The translations under genes were made by a program, and so were the position numbers. Source: Narcine bancroftii (taxonomy: Eukaryota). Taken from it: a stretch of 64,000 nucleotides of DNA. Each line of letters starts with the position of its first letter. Position 1 is the stretch's first letter. The notes under the pieces are model-generated. The model was not told the origin of the DNA, ran no database searches, and was given only the letters and a program-made list of their open reading frames with translations. The stretch lies in assembly GCF_036971445.1 (NCBI RefSeq), contig NC_091475.1, forward strand, positions 159,774,001-159,838,000, in the 5' to 3' direction. Shown here piece after piece: positions 61,403-64,000 of this stretch.

Positions 61403-61958
61403 GGCTGAAGATGGTTGTTATCATGGAGGCTCCAGCAAAATGACAAAAGTATAAAGTGAGTTTTTAAATTTCAAGTAATAGAAATGACCAAGAAATCCAG
61501 CAACTGCATTCCTGCAAGAAAATTTGATCTATGAAAAGTTGGTAAAAGATTGGAGAAAGAAGGAAGAGACTAAGAAAAGTATAAAAAAGGCAATGTTCAA
61601 TGAGAAGAGGATTCCTTCATTGGCCAGAATTGGAAAATCACATTGCAGCATAAGTACGTGAATGAGACAAATTACTACATACTCACACAAAATAAAATAA
61701 GACCATTTGCACTGAAGTCACACCCAGAACGCAGTTTTCCAACTCTGGCCAACGAAGGAATCCTCTTCTCATTGAACATTGCCTTTTTTGTACTTTTCTT
61801 AGTCTCTTCTTTCTTTTACTGTCTTCTTGTATATCATATTTTCTTGCAGCAGTGCAGTTGCTGGATTTCTTGGCCATTTCTATTACTTGAAACTTAAAAA
61901 CTCACTTTATACTTTTGTCATTTTGCTGGAGCCTCCATGATAACAACCATCTTCAGCC
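61403..61958. repeat. Long inverted repeat (arms 61403-61637 and 61735-61958, ~97-nt loop)
   Basis: The outer 65 nt are perfectly complementary. The rest aligns with substitutions and one indel region. Confidence 0.95.
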
Positions 61959-62537
61959 TACTTCCAGTAGGCTAGAGCAACTGTTTCATGAACAGGAAAA
62001 ATCTGGTGTTACGACAAAAATTGCTCAAACTACCAAAAGATCTTGATCATAAAGTTAAGTTTTTACCAGTTTATTATACGTAACTGGCAGAAAGATCAGT
62101 TTGCATTGGCGAATATTGGAAACATGGACGAAAAACCCATGAATTTTGATATGATGGGTAATAGAACAGTGGAAAGTAAAAGGTGAAAACTGTACATGCC
62201 ATGAAAGTACCAGATTTATGGTGGTGTTATCATGCATGGCCGATAGGACTAGGTTAAGATCCATGGTAATCTTCAAGTGCACACTTGAACCATAAATAAA
62301 ATTCCCAGCAGGTATTTTTGTACATTTTTCATAAAAATGGATGGATGGATCAAAATAGTGTTAAACTATGGACAGACAATGTATGGAACAGGCAGCCAGG
62401 CAATTTACACAATGAATGGAGTTTGCTAGTCTTGGACATGTTTTGTAGCCACTTAACTGAAAGTAGATTAGCACAAAATAATACTTGCATGGCGATTTAT
62501 CCCAGGTGGCTTAATGTCTCTTCTGCAACCTCTAGAT

Positions 62538-62871
62538 CCACTTACGTACCTCTTTAAGCATTTCTTATGCCATAGGTGCTCTGTGATTAGTAAAGAATTG
62601 CTTAAGGTGGGATGCGGATGGAAAGGAAAAAGTTTGAAAACCACTGTTTTAATTGTACCTAATTGACTCGTTATGTGCACGGTTTCCTAACTCCAAAGGA
62701 AATGGACCAATGATTATTTTTCTCAAGCAAAATATTTCAGTAACAATTGGATCTAGAGCAGTGATTCTCAACCTTCCCTTCCCACTCACATTCCACCTTG
62801 AGCAATCCCTTACTAATCACAGAGCACTTAAAGTGATATGTGAGTGGAAAGACAAAGGTTGAGAACCACTG
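62538..62871. mobile_element. hAT (Charlie/MER5-like) composite MITE inserted in the transposase, 8-bp TSD
   Basis: TSD CTCTAGAT (62530-62537) / CTCCAGAT (62872-62879) splits the LQPLD codons. TIRs CAGTGATTCTCAACC...GGTTGAGAACCACTG (62759-62871), with an extra GTTTGAAAACCACTG at ~62632-62646. Confidence 0.85.
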
Positions 62872-63132
62872 CTCCAGATATCTGCTTGAACAAGCCATTC
62901 AAAGACCATGTGTGTCAAGAATGGAATACTTGGATGTTAACCACAGAAAATCATTCACAAAAGATGGGGCAATGCGTGTTGCATCACTTGATGTACTGTG
63001 CAACTTTGTGCTCAAAGCATGGGATAAAGTGAAAGTAGTCTGTAATAAAACTCATGGAATCTCTTGTGCAATGAATATAGACTGGGACCGAAAGTGATGA
63101 CTGTTCTTTGCTGCAATCTTTGCCTCAGACAA

Positions 63133-63255
63133 TAACCATATAACCATTTACGGAGCGGAAACAGGCCATGTTGGCCTTTCGATTCTGCACCGGTTCACTG
63201 ATTTTGTGCGCCCTCTTCAAGCATTGGTCCCGGTAGATCTTCATTCAATAACGAT
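63133..63255 (-). mobile_element. Short LINE/SINE 3' tail inserted in the Tc2 element
   Basis: (TAACCATA)n tail followed by CGGAAACAGGCCATGTTGGCC. CpG-rich relative to its surroundings. Confidence 0.55.
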
Positions 63256-63639
63256 GATATCCACTAATTTTTTTTCTTCCTCAGATATATGTTGGATAAA
63301 ACAACAGCTGTGTATATGACTGTGATTTTGAAGGATTCTAATTTTTTTCAATGAAAATTTTGTTCAAATATTCTGGTCACGTGAAAATTTGTTGTATTTG
63401 GTTTTTGTTTTCTAGAGGGTCGACTTGTATGCTGAATCAGCGTCGAGCTTTTTTTTTGCATTTAATTTAAGGTCTCAAAAGTGTATCAAGCATATAAGTC
63501 AAGTCCCCATTTTTGAGTGGCTTTTGAGGGTTTGAAGACTCGACTGATGCATCAAAACATACGGTATCTAAATAAAACAAACAAATTTAACTCTCCCTGC
63601 TACCATGAATTGTAATTCAGTTATGCTGTCTAACACCAA

Positions 63640-64000
63640 ACTCTGCAAATGCTGACATCATAGTAAAAACACACACAAATGCTGGAGGACCCCAGCTGGT
63701 CTTGCAGCATCCATAGGAGGTTAAAATGTATTACCAATATTTCGAGGTTGAGCCCATCTTCAACGTATAATCAAAAAGCAGGGAGACATCTTAAAGACTA
63801 GAGGGAGGAAAAAGAATGGGAGGGGGAGAAGACCAGACCAACAGCCAAAATGTGTTAATGAGATATGACTAGAGGAAAGGTGAGAATTGATTTTTGATCT
63901 GTGATTATGTGGCACAGAAAAGGGAAGGAAAGAAAGATGGAACTCTAGGGAAGGAGAGAAAGATGGAAGTAGAGAAAAAGAGACACAGGTTTGAAGATGA
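63640..64000 (-). mobile_element. Penelope-like terminus, running off the window
   Basis: ACACAAATGCTGGAGGACCCAGC...GCAGCATCCATAGGAGG...ATTTCGAGGTTGAGCCCATCTTCAA, homologous to 3120-3230 and 57575-57700. Confidence 0.8.

Larger units (their letters stand above)
61275..63564 (+). mobile_element. Tc2/pogo-family DNA transposon, full-length but decayed (Brinker-type DBD, CENP-B HTH, DDE_1 transposase)
   Basis: TA|CTGTACTTTTCGGCATAC ... GATGCATCAAAACATACGG|TA termini with subterminal AAGTCGACCCC / GGGTCGACTT. Peptides: SNC.AARK.D, WPELEN, IGNMDEKPMNFDM, RFMVVLSCMAD, KNGWMD...W..NVW...SLLVLDMFCSHLT, LQPLDICLNKPFKD. Confidence 0.9.

Noticed and set aside
61424-63100. Domesticated POGK/TIGD-like gene
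   Set aside because: Multiple stops and frameshifts, TIRs with TA TSD, and internal insertions show a dead transposon.

Overview
This is AT-rich eukaryotic DNA, almost certainly vertebrate and most likely a cartilaginous fish (ray or skate). That call is inferred from HE1/V-type tRNA SINEs, Deu-domain SINE remnants and the mix of CR1, Rex1, Penelope and RTE elements. I cannot identify any intact host protein-coding gene. Every recognisable ORF belongs to a decayed transposon: CR1, Rex1/Babar, L1/Tx1, RTE, Penelope GIY-YIG/RT, Gypsy RNaseH-integrase, or Tc2/pogo DDE transposase. The window reads as a large intron or gene desert with many nested insertions, several with exact target-site duplications (TSDs). 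It also holds six solo LTRs, several MITEs, two minisatellites (27 x 28 bp perfect; 16 x 32 bp polarised), a 134-N gap and TE-free islands that resemble conserved non-coding enhancers. The most notable items are: a 5S-rRNA-derived SINE whose tail matches Rex1-type tails in the same window; a foldback inverted duplication inside a pogo/Tc2 transposase; decayed hammerhead-ribozyme cores in Penelope remnants; a 158-bp locally templated copy of a dead CR1; and two very young RTE copies. There is no CRISPR array or prokaryotic system. All family assignments come from motif recognition by eye, not database searches.
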